Below are positions 32,501 to 41,435 of a DNA stretch of 64,000 nt, piece after piece. The DNA lies in NCBI GenBank assembly GCA_963729605.1, contig CAVSNY010000007.1, positions 512,001 to 576,000 on the forward strand, written 5' to 3'. The notes below the pieces were generated by a model. The model did no database searches. It saw only the letters and a list, made by a program, of their open reading frames with translations, and was not told the DNA's origin. Made by a program: the position numbers and the translations under genes. Source of the stretch: an uncultured Gammaproteobacteria bacterium (GTDB lineage: Bacteria > Pseudomonadota > Gammaproteobacteria > DRLM01). Every line of letters starts with the position of its first letter. Position 1 is the first letter of the stretch.

Positions 32501-33037
32501 CAGGGCTGGCCGAGTCTGCGCATGGCGGTGAATATCTCCAGCCGCCAGTTCGAACACGCCAGCCTGCCGGGCACGGTGGCAGAGGCCTTGTTTTCCTGCG
32601 GGCTCGCGGCGGCGGATTTGGAGCTGGAAATCACCGAGAGCATTCTGATGCATCAAGGCCCCGCGACGGCTTCGGCCTTGGAGGCCTTGACTGTTTTAGG
32701 CGTGCGGCTCGGCATGGATGATTTCGGCACCGGCTATTCGTCGCTGGGTTATCTGCGCCGATTCCCTATCGACACCTTGAAGATCGACCGTTCCTTCATC
32801 CGCGACATCCCCGGCGACACGGAAGACGCCGCCATCACCCACGCGATCATCGTGATGGGCCAGAGTCTGAAGTTGGAACTGGTTGCCGAGGGCGTGGAGA
32901 CCGCCGAGCAGCGGGCCTTCCTGCTTTCCCATCACTGTCATTTGATGCAGGGCTATTTCTTCAGCCCGCCGTTGCCGCCGGAGGGTTTGACGCGTTACCT
33001 GGCCTCGGTGCAAGGCGGGCAAGGGATGGGGATTTGA
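29588..33037 (+). CDS. Membrane-anchored PAS(x3)-GGDEF-EAL diguanylate cyclase/phosphodiesterase
   Basis: About 9-10 N-terminal TM segments, three PAS/PAC units ending in DIT, intact GGDEF, EALLRW and [10 protein letters not shown]. Confidence 0.95.
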   Translation: MLMSVTLARNWELAPRPVAMTLIGVVVLFIVGDYVLPFSQEARHWWTDAFWTAMSLAAALRCFAVARALSGRLSLAWWMFGAGCFAWFVGMVVWNYLELVVGELTPFPALSDIGFLLLAPFAAAGLFYYRAEKRSAQFTLMEFSQFGIFIACLVAAHVVIFYQPILDHRHEDMYVVTALAYPVLYLALIIYAITSLYFYAHGPVRQVLVYVVAGIAVQVITHILYAYALLGQTYEAGNYLDVGWIAGFALIYYAAVKQAKLVSNDMEMSERTFPRELRFGRMMSPLALLTTVLVVVVFRDNLRPEMIDILIPVVVCLLICLALREWASSQLEESLNDAVRSSEEKLRQTARVAPVGIFRTDAKGECVYVNAYSCELIGLTPAACLGHGWMHSLHPDDRERVIDQWLAAVACAGNFRDEYRLIHASGEMVWVLGAAVPERDGSGKVIGYVGSVMDITARREMEQALRESEERFRKVFASSPVLISITRKSDGAFLDVNAAFLETTGWRRDELIGRTALDIKLWMAPQDRAHMLARLQSEAELSGADWCLRTKTGEIRDVLGSIEVVSLGGEDCIVVVAQDITDRKRTDAQMLKLSSALEQTADAVMITDRHGVIEYVNTAFEQITGYQSDEVRGKQPNILNSQKQSQEFYRDMWASILAGKIYSDVFINKKKDGTFYYEEKTITPLKDEKGVISHFVSTGRDITERMQTQERLQFLAHHDVLTELPNRSLFLDRLKQSLAYARWHARLVAVLFLDIDRFKNINDTLGHEAGDCLLQELAVRLGGCLRERDTVARFGGDEFVILLNDVAEAGDVNLLAQKILDVLKPPFSINETTLHVTASIGISLFPGDGDDSGSLLRNADNAMYRAKELGRNNYQFYSSEMGARALARLTLENSLRRALENKEFVLHYQPQVDARDGRVVGVEALLRWQHPELGLMPPLEFVPLLEETGLIVPVGQWVLQTACEQLAAWRRQGWPSLRMAVNISSRQFEHASLPGTVAEALFSCGLAAADLELEITESILMHQGPATASALEALTVLGVRLGMDDFGTGYSSLGYLRRFPIDTLKIDRSFIRDIPGDTEDAAITHAIIVMGQSLKLELVAEGVETAEQRAFLLSHHCHLMQGYFFSPPLPPEGLTRYLASVQGGQGMGI

Positions 33038-33069
33038 GCGGGCTCTGCGCCCGCGCGCTCCTTAGGTTT

Positions 33070-33224
33070 TAAGGAACCTCTGATTTATTAGAGGTTCCAT
33101 GCGGTGCAGGGATGCGCCGCCTTTCTCGAACACGTGCGTGTTCGAGAAAGGCGGAAAACAAAAATCCCATTTTTTGGTTTTCGTCTCTGAAAAATCCAGG
33201 GATGGATTTTTCAGAGCTTACTTA
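33070..33224. repeat. Five-hairpin MITE-like or structured element, copy B
   Basis: Terminal inverted repeats TAAGGAACCTCTGA / TCAGAGCTTACTTA; internal hairpins with GGGA, CCC and GGGA loops; between convergent genes. Confidence 0.78.
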
Positions 33225-33324
33225 AGTGCAGCCGCCAAGACCGAGCGCCCAGTTTTTTCTTTTGGTCGATGAATTTTTCCTGGCGTGTTGGCCGGCCGAT
33301 CGGCTTGCACCGTCCGGCGCGCGG

Positions 33325-34392
33325 CTATCGCAAATTCAAGGGGTCGGCGGGGTCCACGCCGTTCATGAAGGGCAGGCGGCGGTCCTGGTTAGTGATCTGG
33401 TACACCTTGCCCATCCAGTTGTTGATCACCGCTTCGGCGGTGTCGTGCCAGGTATTGTCGAGATCGGGCAGGAGCACGCTTTCCGGCAGTTCCGGCGCCG
33501 GCGCGTGACCTTGCCGCGCGGCGTTGACCCGTTCCTTGTGTTCGTCGAGTATCGCCTGGCCGCGCGGGGTGAAGTAGTTTTCCGGGAAGGGCGGATAATC
33601 GTCGCGGGCGCCTTCGACATAACGTCCCACCTCGCGTTTGTATTCCTTGAGCAGGCTGATGGTGTCGTATTCCGGATGGCCTTGGAAGAACACCAGGCGG
33701 AACAGATCCTCGCTCACCGCGAGGTGCACGCCCGCTTCCTTGCTCTCCACCAGCACTTGCAGGCCCGCCGCCTCGAATTGGGCGCGGCCCACGTCGTTGA
33801 AACGCGAATGGGGTACGTCGAAACGGGTGTTGATGCCTTGCGCCAGCGGGTGATGCAAATCCACTACCCGGTGCGAGAACACGCCCCAGCGCTTGTAGCC
33901 GAGGTGGCGGCGCTTCTGGCCGTAGCGGAATTGCAGCACCGCATGGGTGGCGAGACAGGAACAAAGGGTGGAGGTGACGTTGTCGTAGGCCCAGTCGATC
34001 ACCTCGATCAGCGGCCGCCAGAACGGTTCCAGGGCGAGGTCGGGCTGGGTGACGTTGGCGCCGGTGATGATCAGCGCGTCCAGGCCGTCGGCCTTGATCT
34101 GTTCGAAACTCTCGTAATATTGCCCGATATGCGCGCGCCCCTCCGGCCCGCGCGCGAGTTCTTTGAGCGTGAAGGGGTGCATGTAGAATTGGGCGATCTG
34201 ATTGCTCTCGCCCACCAGCCGGAAGAATTGGCGCTCGGTGGCGGTGAGCGCGGCGTCGGGCATCATGTTGAGCAGGCCGATGTGCAGCTCGCGGATGTCC
34301 TGTTGCAGGGCCGCGTCGCGGGGCAGTACGGCGCCGCCTTCTTTTTGTATCCGTTCGAAGGCGGGAAGTTGGGAATTGGCGACCAGGGGCAT
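33325..34392 (-). CDS. metA: Homoserine O-acyltransferase MetA (probably succinyltransferase)
   Basis: QDIRELHIGLLNMMP, DALIITGA, catalytic Cys in CSCLATH, PHSR and QGHPEYD. Confidence 0.95.
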   Translation of the reverse strand: MPLVANSQLPAFERIQKEGGAVLPRDAALQQDIRELHIGLLNMMPDAALTATERQFFRLVGESNQIAQFYMHPFTLKELARGPEGRAHIGQYYESFEQIKADGLDALIITGANVTQPDLALEPFWRPLIEVIDWAYDNVTSTLCSCLATHAVLQFRYGQKRRHLGYKRWGVFSHRVVDLHHPLAQGINTRFDVPHSRFNDVGRAQFEAAGLQVLVESKEAGVHLAVSEDLFRLVFFQGHPEYDTISLLKEYKREVGRYVEGARDDYPPFPENYFTPRGQAILDEHKERVNAARQGHAPAPELPESVLLPDLDNTWHDTAEAVINNWMGKVYQITNQDRRLPFMNGVDPADPLNLR

Positions 34393-34422
34393 GTCAGTTT
34401 GCTCGCGGGCTGATGACTGAAG

Positions 34423-35268
34423 TCACGATTGTTGTTCCACCGCCGTTTCCACCAACCGCAGAAAATCGGCCTCGGTCTCGACCTCGGCGAGTTGGGTGGT
34501 GGTGATGGTGTATCCGTATTGTCCGGCGATGGCTTGATAGCGCGGGATGCGCGAATAAAACAGCCGCGGGAACATCCAGCGCACGAAATCGTCGGGGTCT
34601 ATCATCGCCACGTAGGACAGGTCGCGCTCGCGCATGTAGATGTCGAGCTGCTCGACGAGAAAGGTCTCGCGGTAATAAAGCGGTTTGGGCGCCGACACGG
34701 CGCGGCGGATCAGTTCCTGTTCGTCCTGTTCGGTGGCCTTGATGTAGAGGATCAGACTGTGCTCGGCGAGCACTTGCAGCGCCTCGGGGTCGTCGAGCTC
34801 GCAGACACTGCCGCCGGCGTCGTTGACGAAATGGCGATAACCGTAGATATCCTGAGCCTTGCGGATGAATTCCGGCACGTCCTTCATCGCCGCGATCTCG
34901 GCCTGGCGGTGCAGCTCCTGGCGGCGCTTGAATTCCTTGAGCGGCAGACCGCCCTGTTCCGGGTCGCCCAATTTGCCGAGGAAACTCGACACCGGGCGGA
35001 GATTGTCGACGGTGATGTTGTTGACGATGTAGATCGAATCCGAGCGCAGCAGGTCGCGCAGGAAGGGAATGGCCATGGCCTGCTGCTTGATGTTGTCGAG
35101 GATGGGTTCGTCGAGATAACGGGTGCCGATACGGTAGTCACCCGAATAGTGGAACCAGTTGTGGGCGCGCAGCATCACCGACAGGCAGGTCTTGCCCACC
35201 CCGGACATGCCGAGCAAGGTGATGCACTTGTGTTCCCAGTTGCGGAATTGGTCGACGCTCAGCTTCAC
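34423..35268 (-). CDS. Uncharacterised P-loop ATPase/kinase-like protein upstream of metA
   Basis: Walker A GMSGVGKT, HYSGDYRIGTRYL and FVNDAGGS; 30 nt from the metA start. Confidence 0.85.
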   Translation of the reverse strand: MKLSVDQFRNWEHKCITLLGMSGVGKTCLSVMLRAHNWFHYSGDYRIGTRYLDEPILDNIKQQAMAIPFLRDLLRSDSIYIVNNITVDNLRPVSSFLGKLGDPEQGGLPLKEFKRRQELHRQAEIAAMKDVPEFIRKAQDIYGYRHFVNDAGGSVCELDDPEALQVLAEHSLILYIKATEQDEQELIRRAVSAPKPLYYRETFLVEQLDIYMRERDLSYVAMIDPDDFVRWMFPRLFYSRIPRYQAIAGQYGYTITTTQLAEVETEADFLRLVETAVEQQS

Positions 35269-35363
35269 GGTTCTGCTCCAGGCGGCGACGTGCCGCGTCG
35301 GCTATTGTGTCAGATGGGCGCGTCAATGAAAAATAGGCCGGGCCTCGGTAAAGGAGCGAGCAG

Positions 35364-36221
35364 ATGATTCATACCACGCTGATTACGCCGGCCGTGCTGG
35401 CGGCGCATCTCGATCATCCCGGCTGGGTGGTGATCGACTGCCGCTTTTCCCTGACCGATCCCGCCGCGGGGGAGCGCGCCTATCGGGAGGGGCATATCCC
35501 GGGCGCGCGTTACGCCCACCTCGATCGCGACCTCACCGCGCCGGTCACCCCGGCCAGCGGTCGTCACCCCTTGCCGGCGCCGGAATGGCTGGCGGTCAAA
35601 CTCGGCGTCTGGGGGGTGGCCGCCGACAGTCAGGTGGTGGTGTATGACGACGCGGGCGGCGCCTTTGCCGCGCGGCTGTGGTGGCTGTTGCGCTGGCTGG
35701 GCCACGCCGCGGTCGCCGTGCTCGACGGTGGTCTGCCGCGCTGGCGGCGTGAAGGCCGGCCGGTGAGCGAGGCGCTGCCGTCAGTTATGGCGGTGACGTT
35801 CACGCCGCGCGCCGCCCTCGGCCAGGCCGTCACCGTCGAGCGGCTGCAACGGGAATTGGCGGCGGGCGAGGGCGTGGTGCTGGACGCCCGCGCGCCGGCG
35901 CGTTTCTGCGGCGAGGTCGAGCCCATCGATCCGGTGGCGGGGCATGTGCCCGGCGCGCGCAACCGGCCGTTGCAGGACAATCTCGACGGGCAGGCGTGTT
36001 TTCTTGCCGCCGGCGAACTCCGGCGCCAATTCCAGCAACTGCTCGGCGCGACGCCGCCGGAGCAAGTGGTGCATATGTGCGGTTCCGGCGTCACGGCCTG
36101 CCACAATCTGCTGGCGATGGAGCACGCCGGTCTGCCCGGCTCGCGGCTGTACGCCGGTTCGTGGAGCGAATGGATACGCGACCCGGCGCGGCCGGTGGCG
36201 CGGGGTCGTCGCGATGGGTAG
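35364..36221 (+). CDS. sseA: 3-mercaptopyruvate/thiosulfate sulfurtransferase (two-domain rhodanese)
   Basis: GHIPGA, GRHPLP, LDGG, CGSGVTAC active-site loop and LYAGSWSEW. Confidence 0.92.
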   Translation: MIHTTLITPAVLAAHLDHPGWVVIDCRFSLTDPAAGERAYREGHIPGARYAHLDRDLTAPVTPASGRHPLPAPEWLAVKLGVWGVAADSQVVVYDDAGGAFAARLWWLLRWLGHAAVAVLDGGLPRWRREGRPVSEALPSVMAVTFTPRAALGQAVTVERLQRELAAGEGVVLDARAPARFCGEVEPIDPVAGHVPGARNRPLQDNLDGQACFLAAGELRRQFQQLLGATPPEQVVHMCGSGVTACHNLLAMEHAGLPGSRLYAGSWSEWIRDPARPVARGRRDG

Positions 36222-36280
36222 CCGCGGTTATAGTTATTCGTATTCCGAACGGCGCCGTCTGCGACGGCGGGAGGACAGGT

Positions 36281-36847
36281 ATGTCGATGCGAGATGAACG
36301 CAAATTCATTCATGTGGTGGACGGTGAAGACCGGATCATTGCCGTCAACCCGGCGTGGCGTGAATTCGCCGAGGAAAACGCCAGCCCGGCCCTGGCGGCC
36401 GCGGTAATCGGCCGGCCCTTGTGGGAGTATATTTGCGATCCCGACACCATCCATTTGTATCAAGTATTGCTGGAGCGGGCGCGGAAGGGCGCCAAGCCGG
36501 CGCGAGTCCCGTTTCGTTGCGATTCACCGACCCTGCGCCGTTTCATGGTGATGGAGTTGATCCACCAAGAGGACGGATCGGTACGGTTTACTTCCTGGAT
36601 GGATGGCCAGGAAGCGCGTCCTTTTATGGCCTTGCTCGATCCCGCGCAGGCGCGCGACGAGGCCCTGTTGAAGATGTGCGGCTGGTGCAAGAAAATCGAG
36701 GGCGCGGACGACGAGTGGCTGGAGGTGGAGGCCGCGGTGGCGCGGCTCGGCTTGTTCGATGCGGTGACGGTGCCCCGGCTTACCCACACCATGTGTCATG
36801 CTTGCTACGCCCGCTTGTATGAAGACGATGCCGAGGAATCCTCCTGA
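36281..36847 (+). CDS. PAS-like domain protein with a C-terminal Cys/His metal-binding module
   Basis: IIAVNPAWREFAEEN...IGRPLW PAS-like start; CGWCKK and THTMCHAC; GGAGG RBS. Confidence 0.8.
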   Translation: MSMRDERKFIHVVDGEDRIIAVNPAWREFAEENASPALAAAVIGRPLWEYICDPDTIHLYQVLLERARKGAKPARVPFRCDSPTLRRFMVMELIHQEDGSVRFTSWMDGQEARPFMALLDPAQARDEALLKMCGWCKKIEGADDEWLEVEAAVARLGLFDAVTVPRLTHTMCHACYARLYEDDAEESS

Positions 36848-37165
36848 AGCGACAGCGCCGGGCGGGCTGCCCCCGCGGAATAAATTTTTTATTTGATGAT
36901 TCTGGCGTCCGGCCGCACGGCGGGTTACTCTGTTCATGGATCTCGCGGCGGGCGGCGCATCGGCATCGATGCCGGCCTCGACCTTGGATCTAGCCGTTGC
37001 TGGATGTCCGCGAACCGGGTTTTACCGGACTTGCGGCGCCCTCGACCCACCCGGCCCGTCCGGTCATGAAGTAGGCGAGAACGGCTTCAAAGGCAATTCG
37101 CGGCCACACGGTCGGCGCGGCCGCGCTTCGTAAGACTTATCACCCAATCCTTGAAGGAGAAAATC

Positions 37166-37567
37166 ATGAAATTGATGCGGCGTATGGCGCGGAGCGTATG
37201 TGGGGTGCTCATCATGAGCGTCATGATGTTGAGCATACAGGCGCCGGCCGTGGCCGGTATGGTGGGTACCGGCGAAGTCATCGCGCAACAGCAGCAGACG
37301 CTGGACCGCGGCCAGTTGCTCGGCGCCCTGGCGCAAGAGGACGTGCGTGCGCAGCTGGTGGCCTTGGGCGTGGATCCCGAGCAGGCCGCGGCGCGGGTCG
37401 CCGCGCTCAGCGACGAGGAACTGCAACTCCTCGCCGCGCAAATGGACGAGATGCCCGCCGGCGGCAGTGTGCTGGGCGTTGCGGTATTCATCTTCCTGGT
37501 GCTGCTGGCCACCGACATCCTCGGTTTCACCGACGTCTTTCCCTTCGTGAAGAAAACGGTGCATTGA
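37166..37567 (+). CDS. PA2779-family small exported protein
   Basis: Signal peptide, QLVALGVDP, RVAALSDEEL, PAGG, then a hydrophobic tail LLATDILGFTDVFPFV; AAGGAG RBS. Confidence 0.85.
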   Translation: MKLMRRMARSVCGVLIMSVMMLSIQAPAVAGMVGTGEVIAQQQQTLDRGQLLGALAQEDVRAQLVALGVDPEQAAARVAALSDEELQLLAAQMDEMPAGGSVLGVAVFIFLVLLATDILGFTDVFPFVKKTVH

Positions 37568-38553
37568 GCGCCGCGCGTGCCGGTCGGGTGAGGCGCCGGT
37601 GCGCCGCCGCCCGGGGCTGGCCGGGCGCGCTGTTGCTGGTTCTGCTGTTGAGCGCCTGCGCGGCGCCGCTCCAATCCACCGCCTGGCGGCAGGCGCCGCC
37701 CGACCACCTCCGCCAGCCGGTGGAGCTCAGCGCCGTGCCGTTTTTCCCGCAAACGCCTTTTCAATGCGGTCCGGCGGCCTTGGCCACGCTGCTGGTGTGG
37801 AGCGGGGTGGAGGTGGTGCCGGAAGACCTCGTTCCGCAAGTTTATCTGCCGGAACGGCAGGGGAGCTTGCAGTCGGAACTGCTGGCCGCCGGCCGCCGCC
37901 ACGGCCGCGTGCCTTACGTGCTGGCGCGCGATCTCGACGCCCTGTTGCGGGAAGTGGCGGCGGGCCATCCGGTCATCGTCTTGCAGAATCTCGGTCTGAA
38001 CTGGTATCCCCGCTGGCATTACGCGGTGGTGGTGGGGTTTGACCTGGCGCGTGACGAAGTGGTGTTGCGTTCCGGCGGCGAGGCGCGCCATCGGCTGTCG
38101 CTCGCCACCTTCGAGCGCACCTGGCGGCGGGGTGGTGAATGGGCGGCGGTGGTGCTGCCGCCCAGCCGGTTGCCGGCCACCGCCGATGAATTGAGCTATG
38201 TGCGGGCGGTCAGCGTGTTGGAGAAACTGGATGAAGGCCGCACCGCCGGCGCCGCTTATGAGACCGCGACCCGGCGCTGGCCCGGGAGTAGCGTGGCCTG
38301 GTTCGGCCTCGGCAACAGCGCCTATGCGCAAGGCCGTTATGCCGAGGCCGGGCAGGCCTATCGGCGCATCTTGGCCCTGGAACCCGCCCACGGGCCGGCG
38401 TTGAATAATCTGGCGAATACCTTGCTGCAACAAGGCGAACTGGCCGAGGCGGAGCGTTACGCCCTGGCCGCGCTGGCGGTGGATGCCGATCAGGCGGCGT
38501 ATGCCGACACGCTGCGCGAGATCAGGACGCGGATGGCGCGCCCTGATCATTGA
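37564..38553 (+). CDS. PA2778-family C39-like cysteine peptidase lipoprotein with TPR repeats
   Basis: Lipobox LSAC, VPFFPQ..QCGPAALA (catalytic Cys), WHYAVVVGFD (His/Asp), C-terminal TPRs. Start TTG 37564 (TTGA overlap) or GTG 37588. Confidence 0.85.
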   Translation: MSAARAGRVRRRCAAARGWPGALLLVLLLSACAAPLQSTAWRQAPPDHLRQPVELSAVPFFPQTPFQCGPAALATLLVWSGVEVVPEDLVPQVYLPERQGSLQSELLAAGRRHGRVPYVLARDLDALLREVAAGHPVIVLQNLGLNWYPRWHYAVVVGFDLARDEVVLRSGGEARHRLSLATFERTWRRGGEWAAVVLPPSRLPATADELSYVRAVSVLEKLDEGRTAGAAYETATRRWPGSSVAWFGLGNSAYAQGRYAEAGQAYRRILALEPAHGPALNNLANTLLQQGELAEAERYALAALAVDADQAAYADTLREIRTRMARPDH

Positions 38554-38698
38554 ACCGCCAATGAGATTTTCAGGCCTCCCGACCCGGCGCGCAACGCCGC
38601 AGCCGGGGCCGGCTTGCCTCCTCCCGCCGATGGGATCATGATGAATTTTCATATCACCGCCCTGGACACGGCTGAGCCGTTCAGCGAAAGGAGCCGCG

Positions 38699-39367
38699 AT
38701 GGACGCAAGTAAAAACATACTCATGGTGACTACCAGTTATGGTCGTATCGACGAGGCCCATCCCACCGGTTTGTGGTTCGAGGAGTTCGCCATCCCCTTC
38801 GAACGTTTCACCGCCGAAGGCCACGTGGTGACGGTGGCCAGCATCAAGGGCGGCAAGGTGCCGGTGGACCCCCGCAGCGAACCCGCCGACGAGCAGTCGC
38901 TGGCGGTCCGCGGTCCGCGCGAGGCCCTCAAGCATACCCAGCGTCTGCTGGAGCTGGACGTCAGTGACTACGACGCGGTGTTTTTCCCCGGCGGCCACGG
39001 CACCATGTTCGACTTTCCCCACAATCACGAAGTGGCGGCCGTGGTCAGCCGCTTTCTCGGCGACGGCAAAGTGGTCGCCGCCGTCTGCCACGGCCCCGCC
39101 GCCCTGGTGGAGGCCAAGGACCGCCACGGCGCGCCGCTGGTGCGGGGCCGTAAGCTGACGGCCTTCACCGACGCCGAGGAGCGCGAGGTGCAGCTGGATA
39201 CCCTGATGCCGTTTCTGCTGGAAACCCGGTTGCGGGAATTGGGCGCGCTGGTGCAGTCCGCGCCCAACTGGCGGGAACACGTGGTGGTGGACGGCACGCT
39301 GGTGACGGGACAGAACCCGCAATCCAGCGCCGCCGCCGCGAACGCGGTGCTGCGTTTATTGGCGTGA
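38699..39367 (+). CDS. DJ-1/PfpI (type 1 glutamine amidotransferase-like) protein
   Basis: TGLWFEE, FFPGGHG, AVCHGPA and VTGQNPQS. Confidence 0.92.
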   Translation: MDASKNILMVTTSYGRIDEAHPTGLWFEEFAIPFERFTAEGHVVTVASIKGGKVPVDPRSEPADEQSLAVRGPREALKHTQRLLELDVSDYDAVFFPGGHGTMFDFPHNHEVAAVVSRFLGDGKVVAAVCHGPAALVEAKDRHGAPLVRGRKLTAFTDAEEREVQLDTLMPFLLETRLRELGALVQSAPNWREHVVVDGTLVTGQNPQSSAAAANAVLRLLA

Positions 39368-39458
39368 AACCCGGGCGCGACGGAACGAGCGCGGCGGGTC
39401 GTCGCGGCGCGTTCACGGCGCCGGCGGGTGAGGCAATCACGATAGAGGAGAACCCCTG

Positions 39459-39854
39459 ATGGTGGAGAAGGTGAGCAAGTCCGAAGAGCAATGGCGCAAC
39501 GAACTCAACGAGGAACAATTCACGGTCTGCCGCCGCAAGGGCACCGAGGCGCCGTTCAGCGGTGAATATTGGGACAGCAAAGAGTCCGGCGTCTATCATT
39601 GCGTGTGTTGCGGCGCCGCCTTGTTCGACTCGGAGACCAAATTCGATTCCGGCACCGGCTGGCCCAGTTTTTATCAGCCGGTGGACGGTCATATCGCTAC
39701 CCAGCGCGACGCCAGCCACGGCATGACCCGCACCGAGGTGATGTGCAAGGCCTGCGGCGCCCACTTGGGCCATGTGTTCGACGACGGCCCCCAACCCTCC
39801 GGTCTGCGTTATTGCATCAACTCGGTGGCGCTCAAACTCGAGCCGGAGAAATAA
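39459..39854 (+). CDS. msrB: Peptide-methionine (R)-S-oxide reductase
   Basis: [27 protein letters not shown] and GLRYCINS. Confidence 0.97.
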   Translation: MVEKVSKSEEQWRNELNEEQFTVCRRKGTEAPFSGEYWDSKESGVYHCVCCGAALFDSETKFDSGTGWPSFYQPVDGHIATQRDASHGMTRTEVMCKACGAHLGHVFDDGPQPSGLRYCINSVALKLEPEK

Positions 39855-39859
39855 CGCTG

Positions 39860-40007
39860 AAACCGCGGATGCAAACCACGGAGATCACGGAGAATGAGGG
39901 TATTGCTGCGTTGGGCGGGTTCACCTGTAGTGTGACTGCGACAAGGGCATGCAGTCGTTGATGTTCCTCCGTGATCTCCGTGTCCTCCGTGGTCAACGGC
40001 TTTTTTC
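39860..40007. repeat. Inverted-pair REP-like element, family 'ACCGCGGATGCAAA...CTCCGTG'
   Basis: ACCACGGAGATCACGGAG...CTCCGTGATCTCCGTGTCCTCCGTGGT inverted 9-nt-periodic arms; related to 22826-22956. Confidence 0.8.
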
Positions 40008-40012
40008 AGGAG

Positions 40013-40130
40013 AACCGGTCTTCACGTGTTCGGCTGGACACGGCGAATCTAGCGAAGGCATCGCACCCTTCCATGGGTGGTCCCCCATCGCCCCGACCCG
40101 CGGCAAGCCACGAGGAATTTCAAGATTCAA
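40013..40130 (-). repeat. Palindromic intergenic element, family 'TTGAATCTT', copy 2
   Basis: The minus strand reads TTGAATCTTGAAATTCCTCGTGGCTTGCCGCGG...GCGATGGGGGA...GACCGGTT and overlaps the yrfG stop codon. Confidence 0.65.
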
Positions 40131-40782
40131 GGGCGGGCGTGATGGTGCGGAAATCCCGCAGCGCGGCGAATTCGCCGGTATCGCCGCATGGACGGCGGCT
40201 GTCCGGTTGTCCTATCGCCAATAAATGCGCGATACCGTAGCGGCGCGCCGAACGCAGCACGTTCAGATTGTCGTCGATCAGCAGGCTGCGGTCGGGGGCG
40301 TAAGGGTGGCGCTCCGCCAGGTGCCGCCAGAACAGCGGGTCTTCCTTGGGATAACCGATGTCGTGGGCGCTGACGATGGCGTCGAGGTGATCGCCGAGCC
40401 GGGTGTACTCCAGCTTCAACGCCAGGCTTTGGTGGTGGGCGTTGGTCACCAGCAAGGCCCGCTTGCCCGCCGCGCGCAACGCGCGCAGGAAATCCAGCAC
40501 ATGGGGATGGACGGCGATCAAATGGGCGACTTCGCGCTTGAGCAAGGGGATGTCCAGCCCCAGTTCCCGCGACCAGTGATCGATGCAATACCAGTTCAGC
40601 GTGCCCTCGGTGCGCTTGAAGATCGGCTTGAGCACCGCCTTGGCGGTGTTGACGTCGAGGCCGCGGCTTAGCGCATAGCGGCGCGGTATCAGCTCTTGCC
40701 AGAACTGGTTGTCGTAGTGGAGGTCGAGCAGGGTGCCGTCCATGTCCAGCAGGACGCTGTCGATTTGTCGCCAATCTATCAT
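40120..40782 (-). CDS. yrfG: GMP/IMP nucleotidase YrfG (HAD family)
   Basis: IDSVLLDMDGTLLDLHYDN, GTLNWYC, VTNAH and IDDN; divergent from nudE. Confidence 0.93.
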   Translation of the reverse strand: MIDWRQIDSVLLDMDGTLLDLHYDNQFWQELIPRRYALSRGLDVNTAKAVLKPIFKRTEGTLNWYCIDHWSRELGLDIPLLKREVAHLIAVHPHVLDFLRALRAAGKRALLVTNAHHQSLALKLEYTRLGDHLDAIVSAHDIGYPKEDPLFWRHLAERHPYAPDRSLLIDDNLNVLRSARRYGIAHLLAIGQPDSRRPCGDTGEFAALRDFRTITPALES

Positions 40783-40874
40783 GCCGAACCGTCTACCGCC
40801 GTGCCAAACCAGAACTGAGGGGTGATAGTATACTAGCCCCGGCGCCCTACGGACCCGCAGTTTTAAGTCACTTT

Positions 40875-41435
40875 ATGCCGCGAAAGCCCAAAATCGTCAG
40901 CGTACAGACCGTCGCCCGTACCCGGCTCTTTCATGTCGAGGCGGTGGGCCTCGAGTTTTCCAACGGCACCGTGGTGAGTTACGAGCGGCTCAGCGCCTCG
41001 CCGCGCGGGGCGGTGCTGGTGGTGCCGATGCTGGACGACGATACGGTGCTGCTGATCCGCGAATACGCCGCCGGGGTCCACCGCTACGAATTGGGCTTGC
41101 CCAAGGGTTTGATCGAAGCGGAGGAAGGGGTGCTGGAGGCGGCCAATCGCGAACTGATGGAGGAGGTCGGCTACGCCGCGCGGCGTTTGCGGCAGGTGAC
41201 TTCATTCACCCTGGCGCCGGGTTATTTCGGCCATGTCACCCATGTGGTGTGCGCCCAGGATTTGTATCCGCAGCGGCGTCCCGGCGATGAGCCGGAAGAG
41301 ATCGAGGTGGTGCCCTGGCGCTTGAGCGAGCTTAAGAGTTTACTGTCGCAGGACGATTGTACCGAGGCGCGCAGCATCGCCGCGCTTTACATGGTGCGCG
41401 ACCTGCTGAGCGACGAACGAGAGGGAGGTTTTTAA
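40875..41435 (+). CDS. nudE: ADP compounds hydrolase NudE
   Basis: LEFSNG..YER, Nudix box PKGLI...AANRELMEEVG, GDEPE and EARSIAAL. Confidence 0.95.
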   Translation: MPRKPKIVSVQTVARTRLFHVEAVGLEFSNGTVVSYERLSASPRGAVLVVPMLDDDTVLLIREYAAGVHRYELGLPKGLIEAEEGVLEAANRELMEEVGYAARRLRQVTSFTLAPGYFGHVTHVVCAQDLYPQRRPGDEPEEIEVVPWRLSELKSLLSQDDCTEARSIAALYMVRDLLSDEREGGF

